IMG/VR virus record: IMGVR_UViG_3300010965_000001
Span: 32,001-96,000 of that record
From: a virus
Taxonomy: Duplodnaviria > Caudoviricetes
DNA length: 64,000 nucleotides
Strand: one strand, 5' to 3'
The translations under genes and the position numbers were made by a program. Positions within the stretch are counted from its first letter, which is position 1. Every line of letters begins with the position of its first letter. Below are positions 1 to 9,225 of the stretch, piece by piece. Below the pieces are notes generated by a model. It was not told the DNA's origin, made no database searches, and was given only the letters and a program-made list of their open reading frames with translations.

Positions 1-20
1 CGATGTCACGTTCATCTGAT

Positions 21-293
21 TTAGTTAATGCCATTCTGTTCCTTTTTTGAATTCCATTTTACTGATATAATACCGTTGTTTATTAATTTGGTAAGTTCAT
101 CGGCAGTAACTATCTTACTAATCGTTCCTTGATAGGGCATATTGAGATTAGTAATCCAATATTTTTTATCATCTGTTATACCTATGCTGGCTTCTCTATC
201 TATAGAATCTGGTCGTTTTTTCAAAAACGTAACGACTCCAGCACGAGAGATTGATTCAGTTAACTTCCGTGATACCAAATTTGATAATTTCAT
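21..293 (-). CDS. hypothetical protein (possible virion internal protein)
   Basis: ORF; likely start MKLSNLVSRKLTES at 293 after AGGA, avoiding overlap with 310..546. Confidence 0.6.
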   Translation of the reverse strand: MKLSNLVSRKLTESISRAGVVTFLKKRPDSIDREASIGITDDKKYWITNLNMPYQGTISKIVTADELTKLINNGIISVKWNSKKEQNGIN

Positions 294-309
294 AATTTCA
301 TATTTTTCC

Positions 310-546
310 TTATAAATGATAATCCTTGAGGTCTTCTGCTTTGATTTCTTCACCGCCGTCTGCAAACAACATTCCCAAATCATCTGTGAACATTTCATGT
401 GGTATTGACTTTACTAAAACTTTCTTGTGATACTTCTCATACAATTCACTTGCGAATACACTACCCACAACTGCCACTGCGATTATCACTACCACCCCTA
501 ACGCCATATTCGTGATGGTAAGCCATTGTCCGTCTGTTATAAACAT
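310..546 (-). CDS. small membrane protein
   Basis: 78 aa with one hydrophobic stretch (LGVVVIIAVAVVGSVFA); GGAG upstream. Confidence 0.65.
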   Translation of the reverse strand: MFITDGQWLTITNMALGVVVIIAVAVVGSVFASELYEKYHKKVLVKSIPHEMFTDDLGMLFADGGEEIKAEDLKDYHL

Positions 547-548
547 AG

Positions 549-815
549 TTATCTCCTTTGTTCATCCATGTATTTTACTATTTCGGAATAGACATGTTGT
601 AATTCCATTCCCGACAAGTGCATTCCATGTGACGATGCAAATTTCATTGCTTCTCTCTTAACATAATTTGCAATATCGTGAGGGTCTGCATTTATATGCT
701 CCACGATTCCAACGGGGTCACGCATCTCGTAGAAGTAATCTAATATAGGTTCAGTGTTGTATTCCAACTCCGACTCCTCATTAAGTTTTTTAGGTAAAAG
801 AGTTGTTAGTTTCAT
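549..815 (-). CDS. hypothetical protein
   Basis: 88 aa ORF, ATGA overlap with upstream gene; N-terminus MKLTTLLPKKLNEE. Confidence 0.65.
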   Translation of the reverse strand: MKLTTLLPKKLNEESELEYNTEPILDYFYEMRDPVGIVEHINADPHDIANYVKREAMKFASSHGMHLSGMELQHVYSEIVKYMDEQRR

Positions 816-1429
816 TTTGAGTTCTTTCCCATCTTCTTAATACCCTTTGCAGTTTTTGCAACGGCTGACATCAACTTAACACCTTTCGGCTTCCCCTTTG
901 CCGCTTCGGTGTTTCCCATTGTCGCCTTTACATTTGACTTTGCAACTTCTTTATCCGTCTTACCTTCCAACTGTTCTTTCTCTTTTACTTCCTTAGCCTT
1001 CTCAGGGTCACCGCTTTTCTCTTGTGATGGAGTTTCATATTCCATCTGCTCGTCACCTTGATTTGGGTTATCTTGAAACAATTGAACGACTTCAAATGCG
1101 TAAATCTTTGGTCGTTGTCCATAGACTTGTAAATTGTCTTGAACCGTCTTACGTTTTGCACCGACAAGTTTTCCAACTTCCATAAGTTTGTCAACCATTT
1201 CATCACCCTTGTCCATACAATTTGTGTTGTATTCATGGACGAATGCCGTGATTGCCTCAAGGAATTGTTTCTTTTTATCACACACCACTTCTTCGGTGGC
1301 TTTACGTTCTTTAGCCAACGTTGGTGGTGTCTCTTTCTTTATTTCTTTAAACTGCTTCTTATCATAATTTGCTAATTCTTCCTTAATCATTGCTCTTATG
1401 GCAGTTGTTAAAACTTGTCGGTCATTCAT
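812..1429 (-). CDS. hypothetical charged protein with Lys-rich C-terminus
   Basis: ATG at 1429 after GGAG; IRAMIKEEL near N-terminus; K/E-rich tail. Confidence 0.7.
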   Translation of the reverse strand: MNDRQVLTTAIRAMIKEELANYDKKQFKEIKKETPPTLAKERKATEEVVCDKKKQFLEAITAFVHEYNTNCMDKGDEMVDKLMEVGKLVGAKRKTVQDNLQVYGQRPKIYAFEVVQLFQDNPNQGDEQMEYETPSQEKSGDPEKAKEVKEKEQLEGKTDKEVAKSNVKATMGNTEAAKGKPKGVKLMSAVAKTAKGIKKMGKNSK

Positions 1430-1499
1430 GTTAGTCTCCAAAGTTAAAGGGTATTTAGTAATAAATATCTAAATGAAATTAAAAAACACCCTTTTTAGA

Positions 1500-1961
1500 T
1501 TACTTCTTTGACTTTTTATGACGTTTTCCACCCGCTTCATCGATGTAATCTGCACCTGTATGCTTAGGTTTTTTGGGAGTCTTTGTAGGCATTTCCACTA
1601 CTACAATATCTTCCGTATTGAATGTTCCACCCTCATTTCGCCAATCGTGTGAGTCCATATACTTCTCATATGCGGCTCGCCTACTATCGTCACTTGACGA
1701 GCTCTTGATTTCCTCTTCTGTGAATAAATCTTCATTTGGATTTGATTTTCCATCCCTGTCATTCACCAATCGACTCAACTCATATTCAAGTCGTGCTATT
1801 TTTTTAACATGAGAGTCCAGTGCCTTATCTACTGCCTCAAACACAGATTCATCTGCCTTGACAAATCTACGGAGACTCATAACAGAATTGACAACATTTG
1901 CTAAGATAAGTGCCGTAGCAAACAAGAGTAAATATGCGGATAATACAAAGAGTTCATTCAT
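1500..1961 (-). CDS. membrane-anchored coiled-coil hypothetical protein
   Basis: likely start MNELFVLS at 1961; N-terminal hydrophobic helix then charged helix. Confidence 0.6.
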   Translation of the reverse strand: MNELFVLSAYLLLFATALILANVVNSVMSLRRFVKADESVFEAVDKALDSHVKKIARLEYELSRLVNDRDGKSNPNEDLFTEEEIKSSSSDDSRRAAYEKYMDSHDWRNEGGTFNTEDIVVVEMPTKTPKKPKHTGADYIDEAGGKRHKKSKK

Positions 1962-2010
1962 GGCAGTTCCTTCCAGTTGGTTATTTGTTTTGTGTGTGAG
2001 TTGTTTATAT

Positions 2011-2271
2011 TCATTTATTGATTCCGTTATGTAATTTAACATATACAGTTAAGAATGTACCAAGTGCTCCACCGATTGCGTAACACATTACATTCCATAT
2101 AAAGTCTGGACTTAACACTAAACTGTAAACTACTATACAATTTATAACCGTATTTACAAATGCCAATACACTACTAGATAACGGTTTCTTTTCAGATACT
2201 TGTAAATAAAACCACGCGATGATAATGTCTTGGAGGAATCCCACGAGCAAGTAAACTAATAATTCTATCAT
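2011..2271 (-). CDS. small multi-pass membrane protein (DUF5698/UPF0316-like)
   Basis: three hydrophobic segments ending YAIGGALGTFLTV; ATGA overlap with upstream gene. Confidence 0.55.
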   Translation of the reverse strand: MIELLVYLLVGFLQDIIIAWFYLQVSEKKPLSSSVLAFVNTVINCIVVYSLVLSPDFIWNVMCYAIGGALGTFLTVYVKLHNGINK

Positions 2272-2480
2272 CGTCCACACCAAGCATCACAAACTGTTCC
2301 ATCTTCTGACGTAGTTTTTCCGGCACGTGCCACCCATTCAGGCGGACGGATACTGTTCTGTATAAAGAACATACATACTGATTCGATTACTGCTTCATCT
2401 GATTGTTGTCGCATCAAATTGTATTGGTGCATATCTACACCGACTAGGTTAAAATATTTACATGTTAGGCAAGTTTTCAT
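2268..2480 (-). CDS. small Cys-containing hypothetical protein
   Basis: MKTCLTCKYF ... VCDAW; ATGA overlap with ligase stop. Confidence 0.55.
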   Translation of the reverse strand: MKTCLTCKYFNLVGVDMHQYNLMRQQSDEAVIESVCMFFIQNSIRPPEWVARAGKTTSEDGTVCDAWCGR

Positions 2481-3589
2481 TCGTAATCCCTTATTGCTAT
2501 GACAAATGGAAAACGGGGAATCCCGTCGGGAGTTAAGTTGAAATACTTGATGGTCGCTTCCTTCCCAATCAAATTCTTTCTGTCGTTCCACAACTCTGCC
2601 AAGTATTCAAAGTCTCCTTTGATGTTAGAGTTAAACTCTTTACCATCCTCATTTTTGAATACCATACTACCTGCGGTTCCAGTCCGTCCGCCGATACCTT
2701 CGATAACTTTAAGAATTGTAAATTCACAATCCATAAAATCCTTCCGCTTCAACAGGAACTTACTACGTTTGTTTTCATAGACACTTTCCATTACTCTAAT
2801 AATGGAACCTTCATATCCTGCTTCACAGAATGCCGCGTGAAGTTTATCAACATCTTTTTCATTGTGCGCTACCATAGTAGGAACACGTTGAAGATAGTTC
2901 TTATCTGCGAACAGAACACTGTTGATAAACAATGAACGTTGGTCAAATGTCATGTTAGGTCGTTCACGGTCGAACATATCATAACAATGATACTGTGCGT
3001 ATTTCTCCGCCTTTGCCAACGATTCTGGTGTAGTCTTCTGTTTCTTTACGATACTGATAATTTCATTGAAGTCTTTTTTGAACTTGTGATTATACAACTC
3101 ACCATCGAGAACGACACCCGGATGCTGTAAGAAGAAGTTACTCAGTGAGTTAAAAATATGTGGTGCAGATACAATAGGTTTGCCGTTTCTACTGAACATT
3201 CCATCTTGTGTAATAATGCAACGCATACCATCCAACTTAGGTTGCACGAACACTGGGTATTCAAGTTTATCCTTAAGGTCTTTCCATTCTTTAGCAAGCA
3301 TTGGTTCGAAGAACTTCGCAGTGTTCTTCTTCGTTGAGGAGGTTCCATACCCACTATCCATCTTCTTCGTTGCCTTTGCTTCTGCTTCGGCAAGTGCTTG
3401 TTCTTCTGGAGTGGTTTCGTTTGCTCTACCGATGTTCTTACCTTCACAAATTGTCCAAGAACCAACGGTAAGTTGGCCGTTTAATTGGCCAGCAATAGTA
3501 CGGAACTTGTTGCCCTCAACTTGGATTTCCCAACTCTGAGTCGCATCTTTTTTAGATTGTTTGTAGAGGGTCGCAACCGTTTTTATCAT
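2477..3589 (-). CDS. lig: ATP-dependent DNA ligase with N-terminal WGR-like extension
   Basis: motif I KLDGMRC; motifs LDGELY, YHCYDMF, YEGSIIR, LLKRK; OB-fold end PRFP. Confidence 0.95.
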   Translation of the reverse strand: MIKTVATLYKQSKKDATQSWEIQVEGNKFRTIAGQLNGQLTVGSWTICEGKNIGRANETTPEEQALAEAEAKATKKMDSGYGTSSTKKNTAKFFEPMLAKEWKDLKDKLEYPVFVQPKLDGMRCIITQDGMFSRNGKPIVSAPHIFNSLSNFFLQHPGVVLDGELYNHKFKKDFNEIISIVKKQKTTPESLAKAEKYAQYHCYDMFDRERPNMTFDQRSLFINSVLFADKNYLQRVPTMVAHNEKDVDKLHAAFCEAGYEGSIIRVMESVYENKRSKFLLKRKDFMDCEFTILKVIEGIGGRTGTAGSMVFKNEDGKEFNSNIKGDFEYLAELWNDRKNLIGKEATIKYFNLTPDGIPRFPFVIAIRDYE

Positions 3590-3777
3590 TTTTTTCTCCG
3601 TGGAATTAGTTTTTCAATGTCGGGTGGAAATACTTCAATTTCAAGTCCACATTCTACAATTATTACACATCTTACATTAAAACTAACTCTAACAATTGAA
3701 TGTAATCGTCGGGTTCCATATACCTTGACCTTCATTCCTTTGGTGAATGTGGCATTGTTAAATTCCGTACATGTCAT
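3586..3777 (-). CDS. hypothetical protein
   Basis: ATG at 3777 after GGAG, downstream of the sigma70-like promoter at 3806-3834. Confidence 0.6.
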   Translation of the reverse strand: MTCTEFNNATFTKGMKVKVYGTRRLHSIVRVSFNVRCVIIVECGLEIEVFPPDIEKLIPRRKK

Positions 3778-3805
3778 AACCAATCTCCATTTTTTAGTGT
3801 ATAAT

Positions 3806-3834
3806 AATATACATAAAAAATACATTAAAGTCAA
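3806..3834 (-). promoter_or_regulatory. sigma70-like promoter
   Basis: TTGACT-17 nt-TATATT with TG extension; one of five matching copies. Confidence 0.8.
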
Positions 3835-3883
3835 GGCATAAAAAAACCCAATAAATGGTTAGTTTATTGGGCTTTTGTGCTAT

Positions 3884-4021
3884 TTACGAACCAACTTCAA
3901 CAGGACCAACTTCTGCTGGAGGTTCCACTGCTGGTTGTGGAGGCGGTGGAGGTGGTTGTGGTCGTGGAGGGAATTGTGGTCCCAAAAATCCATCTGGTGG
4001 TTGTTCTGCTTCTAATGCCAT
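3884..4021 (-). CDS. small proline-rich protein (45 aa; not in ORF track)
   Basis: MALEAEQPPDGFLGPQFPPRPQPPPPPPQPAVEPPAEVGPVEVGS*; AAGGG upstream; fills the gap on the coding strand. Confidence 0.6.
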   Translation of the reverse strand: MALEAEQPPDGFLGPQFPPRPQPPPPPPQPAVEPPAEVGPVEVGS

Positions 4022-4055
4022 TCGTTATGTTTCCCTTCTATAAAGTTAAAAGTTA

Positions 4056-4322
4056 TTATGCTAATATGTAAACCGTTCCTGCTGAACAACTAACATACAA
4101 TGGGTAACATGGCATTGGATTTCCAACTGCAATGTGTGCAAGATTGAGAGCGCCACCACCACTCATACTAACATATCCAACTGAGCCAGTGGTTACCATG
4201 ATACCCCATACGTTTTTATAATCGTAAGCACGTGTACCAACTGTAGGATTTTCTCCAGAGTTTACACTTCCAGACCAAGACGTTGGCAACTGTATTACTT
4301 TTGATATTCTATAATTAGACAT
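4056..4322 (-). CDS. hypothetical beta-rich, Gly/Ser-rich protein
   Basis: 88 aa ORF with AGGAG RBS. Confidence 0.7.
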   Translation of the reverse strand: MSNYRISKVIQLPTSWSGSVNSGENPTVGTRAYDYKNVWGIMVTTGSVGYVSMSGGGALNLAHIAVGNPMPCYPLYVSCSAGTVYILA

Positions 4323-4704
4323 TTGTTTCTCCTTGTGAAAATTCTTGTTGTAATTTGTTTAATACCCAATCGTATGGGTCCGCCGTATGTGCTTTCTGTA
4401 TAGAGTACGGCATCTGTGTTCTGTAGAGATTAAATAACTTATCCCACAATACTTGGTCATCACCTATCTCTTCCGTACCATCAACGATTCTTAAAACAGA
4501 ATCAAGTTCAGGTGGAGTTAACTTAGTAATGATACCACCAAACCGTAAAGGTTTTTTAGGTTTTGGAGGAGGTGCCTGTACTTGTGGTTGAGCTGGTTTT
4601 GGTGCTTGCACATTGGGAGATGGTAATGGATTCTCTCCCATTCCAGGTACATACTCTGCCTCTAAGAATTTACCAAAACTTTCTTTTAATATTCTAATAT
4701 TCAT
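4315..4704 (-). CDS. hypothetical protein (putative internal head protein)
   Basis: start MNIRILKESF after AAGGA; Pro-rich linker; C-terminal MPYSIQKAHTADPYDW domain. Confidence 0.7.
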   Translation of the reverse strand: MNIRILKESFGKFLEAEYVPGMGENPLPSPNVQAPKPAQPQVQAPPPKPKKPLRFGGIITKLTPPELDSVLRIVDGTEEIGDDQVLWDKLFNLYRTQMPYSIQKAHTADPYDWVLNKLQQEFSQGETNV

Positions 4705-4712
4705 TGGTGTCC

Positions 4713-5210
4713 TTATTTCTTCTTCCAATTTTGGTTGTAGACGGGTTTACCTTTTGAATCTTTCTTACCAGTCTCATGGTCTGCCTTGTATGCATCAATT
4801 TCTTTTTTTGAGAATTTGCCATTGTCTTTCTTCGGTGCTTTAGTTACCTCACGCATGCTCAACCGTGGGTCACCTGTGTTGGCAATTGCCTGTACTTGGT
4901 CAGCGGAAAGTTCACCAGTTGCTGGTTGTGGTTTACCACGTTTGCTTAAAATCTGTCGAAGTTCATTTAACAATGATTCGTTATTCTCTTCATCCAACTC
5001 ACCGTGGTCGGAGACTCTATCTATCTGCCACCACTCTGCAACAGATTTTGCAACTGCCGTCACTTGTTCTGGTGAAAGTTTTGGAGTGTTTGATACTGTT
5101 TCCTCTTGTCCGAACGCCATGTTACCCATTTGTTCTTCAACTCTTGATGCTCTGTTGGCTAAAAAGTTATTGAAGTTCGTTTTAATTTCGTTATACTTGT
5201 CCTGGTTCAT
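4713..5210 (-). CDS. hypothetical protein
   Basis: 165 aa; AAGGAG RBS; internal repeat LSPEQVTAVA / LSADQVQAIA. Confidence 0.7.
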   Translation of the reverse strand: MNQDKYNEIKTNFNNFLANRASRVEEQMGNMAFGQEETVSNTPKLSPEQVTAVAKSVAEWWQIDRVSDHGELDEENNESLLNELRQILSKRGKPQPATGELSADQVQAIANTGDPRLSMREVTKAPKKDNGKFSKKEIDAYKADHETGKKDSKGKPVYNQNWKKK

Positions 5211-5219
5211 TGTTTCTCC

Positions 5220-5885
5220 TTATAGTGATTTCAACATGGCTATCATGTCGGGTTGGGGATGTATGTCATTTTTGTCTGGTCTTACTGAGCAGTGTGTATA
5301 TACACCAGCGGCCCCCTTCAATGCTCCGACACTAACATCAAATATCGAATCACCGTTATACTTAATAGGAATGCCATGCTCAACATTCCACTTAACTAAT
5401 AAATCGTGTACAGATTGAATCTGTGCGGGCGTGTACTTTTGATAATGGGTGTATCCTCTGTGTGGAACTTGATATTCCACCACTTCACTGTCAGGGATGA
5501 TTGTATTTACATACGATACCCACCCTTTATCGGAATGTGTTAGCTGCCCCCAATTACAAATTTCCAAACCAATTGAAATCTTGTCAAGTGATTGGTATGG
5601 AACTCCATGTGCTGCGAACACAGCCTGCTTAATTCCTAAGTGATACGCCCAATACTTTGAATCGAATACTTCAAAGATTTCACCGTCAGTATATTTTGAG
5701 TTTTTGTCAAGTGGTTTACCTGCAATTACAGCCGATGTTGCAATTTTACCAGCATCTTGTCTCCACCAATCAATCGTGGAGTATGGATTACTCGCTCCTG
5801 CGGTGTGGTGTAGATAGATTTGTTTCTTCGGATGCGTCTCTACATAGTATTGGTCTTGATTCAACTTATACTGTGTTACGTTCAT
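5220..5885 (-). CDS. N-acetylmuramoyl-L-alanine amidase (Amidase_2 family)
   Basis: IYLHHTAG, WAYHLG, SIGLEICN, YTHCSVRPDKNDIHP zinc-amidase motifs. Confidence 0.88.
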   Translation of the reverse strand: MNVTQYKLNQDQYYVETHPKKQIYLHHTAGASNPYSTIDWWRQDAGKIATSAVIAGKPLDKNSKYTDGEIFEVFDSKYWAYHLGIKQAVFAAHGVPYQSLDKISIGLEICNWGQLTHSDKGWVSYVNTIIPDSEVVEYQVPHRGYTHYQKYTPAQIQSVHDLLVKWNVEHGIPIKYNGDSIFDVSVGALKGAAGVYTHCSVRPDKNDIHPQPDMIAMLKSL

Positions 5886-6088
5886 TATCGCACACCCTGT
5901 TTAAGAAGTCGGTCCATCATCAATGATACCGCTCCCTTAACACTTTCTGGTGCGTCACCATTCTGTAAAGAAAACTGTATCCACTTACTAAGTGCGTTGC
6001 TCAATTCAGCCTTCTCCGCGTCCAATTGTGTTTTACTCTGTTGTCCGACGAATGAGTCGAAAGCCTCTTTTAATATTTGTAATTTCAT
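5885..6088 (-). CDS. hypothetical protein (putative internal head protein)
   Basis: 67 aa, N-terminus MKLQILKEAF. Confidence 0.65.
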   Translation of the reverse strand: MKLQILKEAFDSFVGQQSKTQLDAEKAELSNALSKWIQFSLQNGDAPESVKGAVSLMMDRLLKQGVR

Positions 6089-6103
6089 TGTTTTCCTTAT
6101 TGT

Positions 6104-7357
6104 TTAGTGTTCTAAGTTATAAACCGCTCTGACATTTACTTCAGACGCGGGTAGGTCACTCTTACCAGTATAAAGTATAACGTGATATTTTGGTGTAGTC
6201 TTATCTAATGATGTGTAGTTATCCATGTATTCGTCATGTAATAGAACATCATTGATATTGAGTTTGTATTTCTGTGCAACACGTTCTTTAAGTTTCTGTG
6301 CATTCTCTGCGGCGGGTTCTTTAGATGCCCATGCGTTTGTTGAGTCCTTTGCAAAATGCGCTCCCTTACGTGCGAACAAGTCTTTGAATAAGTCATATGG
6401 GACGGTGAATGCATGATAGTGTTTACTCATATCACCCATCTTACCAATCTCCGTTGGGTTAGCACCCATTGAGAATCGTGTTAAGAAATTAGATGGGAAC
6501 TTTGATAGTACTGCATTAGATACTTTGGTATATGCATAGAACCAAATGTTTGGGAACTTCTCTGCAATACGTTTTGCCATACCCAAATAATCCTCTGAGA
6601 AGAAGTCACCCGCATCATGCCATCTAACTTGCATTTTGATTACGATTCCCAATTTCTTCTCATCCTTATCAAGTTTAAGACGCATCTTTGCAATATCATC
6701 ACCCAATCGTTTCTCAAATCCAGCAGGGTCATTCAAATAGAAATTCAATCGTTGTGCACGACTCAGGTATGTGTTAGGAACTCTGATGAAGTTGCCATGT
6801 GTACCGTAGCATGCCATAAGACATCCCTCTGTACCACCACCAGCACCTGGACATGTTGTAACGATTGCCCACTTCTGAGCGGACTCATCGAATACCAATG
6901 CTCTGATTGCTGGCATGCCTACATTGTAAAACTTAACGAACTCACCACTACCATGTTTCATCTTCTCATTTTGGAGAAGCATGTCATTGGGTCTACGTGT
7001 GATGATTGCTTTGAGTTTATCCAAATCCCATGTTTGGTCATTCTCATTTCTAATCTTGTTCATCTGCACAGTGAAGAGTCCTGCCTGTGCGGCTTGCTTC
7101 GAAGGTTCTAAGTCTTGTGCTTTTGTAATCTTATCACCAAGTTCATCAGGTTCTAAGTGTTTATATTTAAGACCTTGTGCACCTGCTAAATCCTCACTGA
7201 CTTCAGTTGGTTCATTCTCACCAGAAAGTTCTTCTGCATGTCCACCGTCTTGACCAGCAATATTCAAATATTGTGTTTTAACTTTGCCAAATAAATTTTC
7301 GAGCATTAATGATTTTACGTGGTTATCAAAGTTCTCTTTAAGTAAGTGAAAATTCAT
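6104..7357 (-). CDS. GP88-like protein (putative Fe-S / radical-SAM-like) with N-terminal extension
   Basis: TCPGAG...CLMACY cysteine triad, VRWHDAGDF and FYAYTK motifs recognised as phage GP88 family. Confidence 0.7.
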   Translation of the reverse strand: MNFHLLKENFDNHVKSLMLENLFGKVKTQYLNIAGQDGGHAEELSGENEPTEVSEDLAGAQGLKYKHLEPDELGDKITKAQDLEPSKQAAQAGLFTVQMNKIRNENDQTWDLDKLKAIITRRPNDMLLQNEKMKHGSGEFVKFYNVGMPAIRALVFDESAQKWAIVTTCPGAGGGTEGCLMACYGTHGNFIRVPNTYLSRAQRLNFYLNDPAGFEKRLGDDIAKMRLKLDKDEKKLGIVIKMQVRWHDAGDFFSEDYLGMAKRIAEKFPNIWFYAYTKVSNAVLSKFPSNFLTRFSMGANPTEIGKMGDMSKHYHAFTVPYDLFKDLFARKGAHFAKDSTNAWASKEPAAENAQKLKERVAQKYKLNINDVLLHDEYMDNYTSLDKTTPKYHVILYTGKSDLPASEVNVRAVYNLEH

Positions 7358-7359
7358 CC

Positions 7360-7563
7360 TTATTCTCCTGTTTGTATAGATGCTTTAAATCGTTTCCATT
7401 GTGAGTCTATGTACTTGTAGAACTGTTTCTTCTTCGCAGGGTCAAGTTGTTCAGGATTGGATACTCCATAATACGCAAGTACTGCCTGCATGAACTTCTT
7501 ATACTTCGAATGTCGCTTGCGGCGTTCGTTGACTATTTTCCTACTTACATTATACAATGACAT
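7360..7563 (-). CDS. small basic protein resembling T4-like head-associated proteins
   Basis: YKKFMQAVLAYYGVSNPEQLDPAKKKQFYKYIDSQWK pattern. Confidence 0.55.
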   Translation of the reverse strand: MSLYNVSRKIVNERRKRHSKYKKFMQAVLAYYGVSNPEQLDPAKKKQFYKYIDSQWKRFKASIQTGE

Positions 7564-7590
7564 AGTAATTCCTGTTAATTTATAATACTT

Positions 7591-7602
7591 TAGTATAAAT
7601 AT
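7591..7602 (-). promoter_or_regulatory. ATATTTATACTA motif (candidate phage late promoter)
   Basis: identical 12-mer at 55422-55433 and 63222-63233, all in intergenic gaps upstream of minus-strand genes. Confidence 0.55.
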
Positions 7603-7619
7603 TAAAATTTATTTAAAAA

Positions 7620-7862
7620 TCATCTTTTTCGTATCTTTAACGGCGAAATAATGTCAAAAAATTCGGTCAAAGTGTATTTTTTACTGTCTTCTCCAATAAT
7701 AGTAATCTTGGAGAGGAGTTCTGGGAACTTATCCACTATTCTCATTAGTGCATTCATCCCCTCATCTGGATAAAACATTCCAAAACTCTCCTCTCCAAGT
7801 ATATTTGAAGAATATTGTGTATCTTGTTGCTTATCACCGTCCATCATTATGTAATACGTCAT
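7620..7862 (-). CDS. conserved phage hypothetical protein
   Basis: 80 aa ORF coupled to the PhoH stop. Confidence 0.65.
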   Translation of the reverse strand: MTYYIMMDGDKQQDTQYSSNILGEESFGMFYPDEGMNALMRIVDKFPELLSKITIIGEDSKKYTLTEFFDIISPLKIRKR

Positions 7863-8617
7863 TACTTAAAGTCTCCGTTCAATCGTTTCAATATAACTGA
7901 TATTAGGGGATTTCTCACGATGTCAGCGTCATTAAACTCAAAGATACCGATTTGTGGAATGCCTTGTAACTTATGCATCGCCGTGTACAATCCTGTCTCT
8001 TCGAACTTAATGTTCGTGTCAATCTGTGAGGTATCACCATTGATAATATATTTACAATTCTCACCAATACGTGTAAGAATCGTTCTTATTTCTTTTCTGT
8101 CACAGTTCTGTGCTTCCTCTAAGATGAAGATACAATCATCTAAGTTGATACCGCGTAGGAAACCCATAGCAAGAATTTCGATTTGACCACGTGCAAGCAT
8201 GCGGTCAGTCTTTTCTTGTCCAAGTATCTTGTTAAAAATGTATTTTGAACTGTATAGGTATGGGTCGAGTTTTGCATTGACATCTCCTGGAATGAATCCA
8301 ATTGACTTACTGCTTTCGATATTTGGTTTAGAGATGACAATACGTTTGTATTTACTTGGAAACTGTTTCATTAGTTCCAATGCTTTTAATATTGAGACAT
8401 GCGACTTTCCAGTGCCTGCCGCACCTGAGATAAGTGTAATATCTTTTGAATCTATAAGATTCCACAACTCCTCTTGGGCTTTGGTCTTGAACGTTACGTC
8501 AAGATTCTTGATGTGAATTTTTGTCTCTTTTGGTTCCCGCGCCATTTCTTTTAAAAGGGTGCGGTCTTCTTGAGTTGGTTCAATGGGGTTAGTTGAGTTA
8601 GCACGTTTTTTTGACAA
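7862..8617 (-). CDS. phoH: PhoH-family ATPase
   Basis: Walker A GAAGTGKS, LRGINLDDCIFILEEAQN, GDTSQID, DIVRNPL; likely TTG start at 8617 after GGAG. Confidence 0.93.
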   Translation of the reverse strand: MSKKRANSTNPIEPTQEDRTLLKEMAREPKETKIHIKNLDVTFKTKAQEELWNLIDSKDITLISGAAGTGKSHVSILKALELMKQFPSKYKRIVISKPNIESSKSIGFIPGDVNAKLDPYLYSSKYIFNKILGQEKTDRMLARGQIEILAMGFLRGINLDDCIFILEEAQNCDRKEIRTILTRIGENCKYIINGDTSQIDTNIKFEETGLYTAMHKLQGIPQIGIFEFNDADIVRNPLISVILKRLNGDFK

Positions 8618-8692
8618 GCAGATTCTCCGTTTAGTTAATAAAGAAATCATTAGTTACGCTGCCTATAAGTATCAACTAACCCCACAAAAACA

Positions 8693-9223
8693 TTAGACAG
8701 GCGTAGTAAAAACGCCGAGCCCGTGAGAATGTGTGAAGTTAAATTTCGCTCCCTGTATCTCATTGAAGAATCGTCCCACGTCATTGGGGAAGGACATTGT
8801 ATCATGGAAGAGGATGATGCCGCCGGGTCGTACGAATTTAGACCACACTTCAAACACGGACTTAGTAAAGTCATACGAATGGAATCCATCGATGTGTAAT
8901 ATATCAATTGACTTATCCCATGTCTTCGCCACATCAAAGAAGTCACCTTCAATCAATACAACGTTGGTTACTTCATTATCTGCGATGTGTTGCTCCGCTA
9001 CTTGTTTTGCATTTCTAATTCCTGCGTGGTCATCACCCTTAAACCAGTCGATTCCATACACTGTGCCGATGTTAGGAAGTGCCCACGCGATAGTTGAGAA
9101 TCCAAAATCAACTCCCAAATCAACGGTGACTTCAGGCTTGATGAATTCTACTAAGGTATATGCATAGTCTTCGTGACCTCTCCATGCGGTTTCGATGTTA
9201 CCTTTAATTCGTTTTCGTTCCAT
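8693..9223 (-). CDS. class I SAM-dependent methyltransferase (Methyltransf_24-like)
   Basis: VDLGVDFGFS, GIDWF, IDILHIDGFHSY, VRPGGIILFHD. Confidence 0.85.
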   Translation of the reverse strand: MERKRIKGNIETAWRGHEDYAYTLVEFIKPEVTVDLGVDFGFSTIAWALPNIGTVYGIDWFKGDDHAGIRNAKQVAEQHIADNEVTNVVLIEGDFFDVAKTWDKSIDILHIDGFHSYDFTKSVFEVWSKFVRPGGIILFHDTMSFPNDVGRFFNEIQGAKFNFTHSHGLGVFTTPV

Positions 9224-9225
9224 TG

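Noticed and set aside
285-302. Tandem ATGAAATT duplication at the start of the first gene
   Set aside because: Two copies only in AT-rich sequence; no evidence of function
1958-2014. 18-codon ORF (MNINNSHTKQITNWKELP) with ATGA overlaps at both ends
   Set aside because: Too short and featureless to support; it may only couple translation
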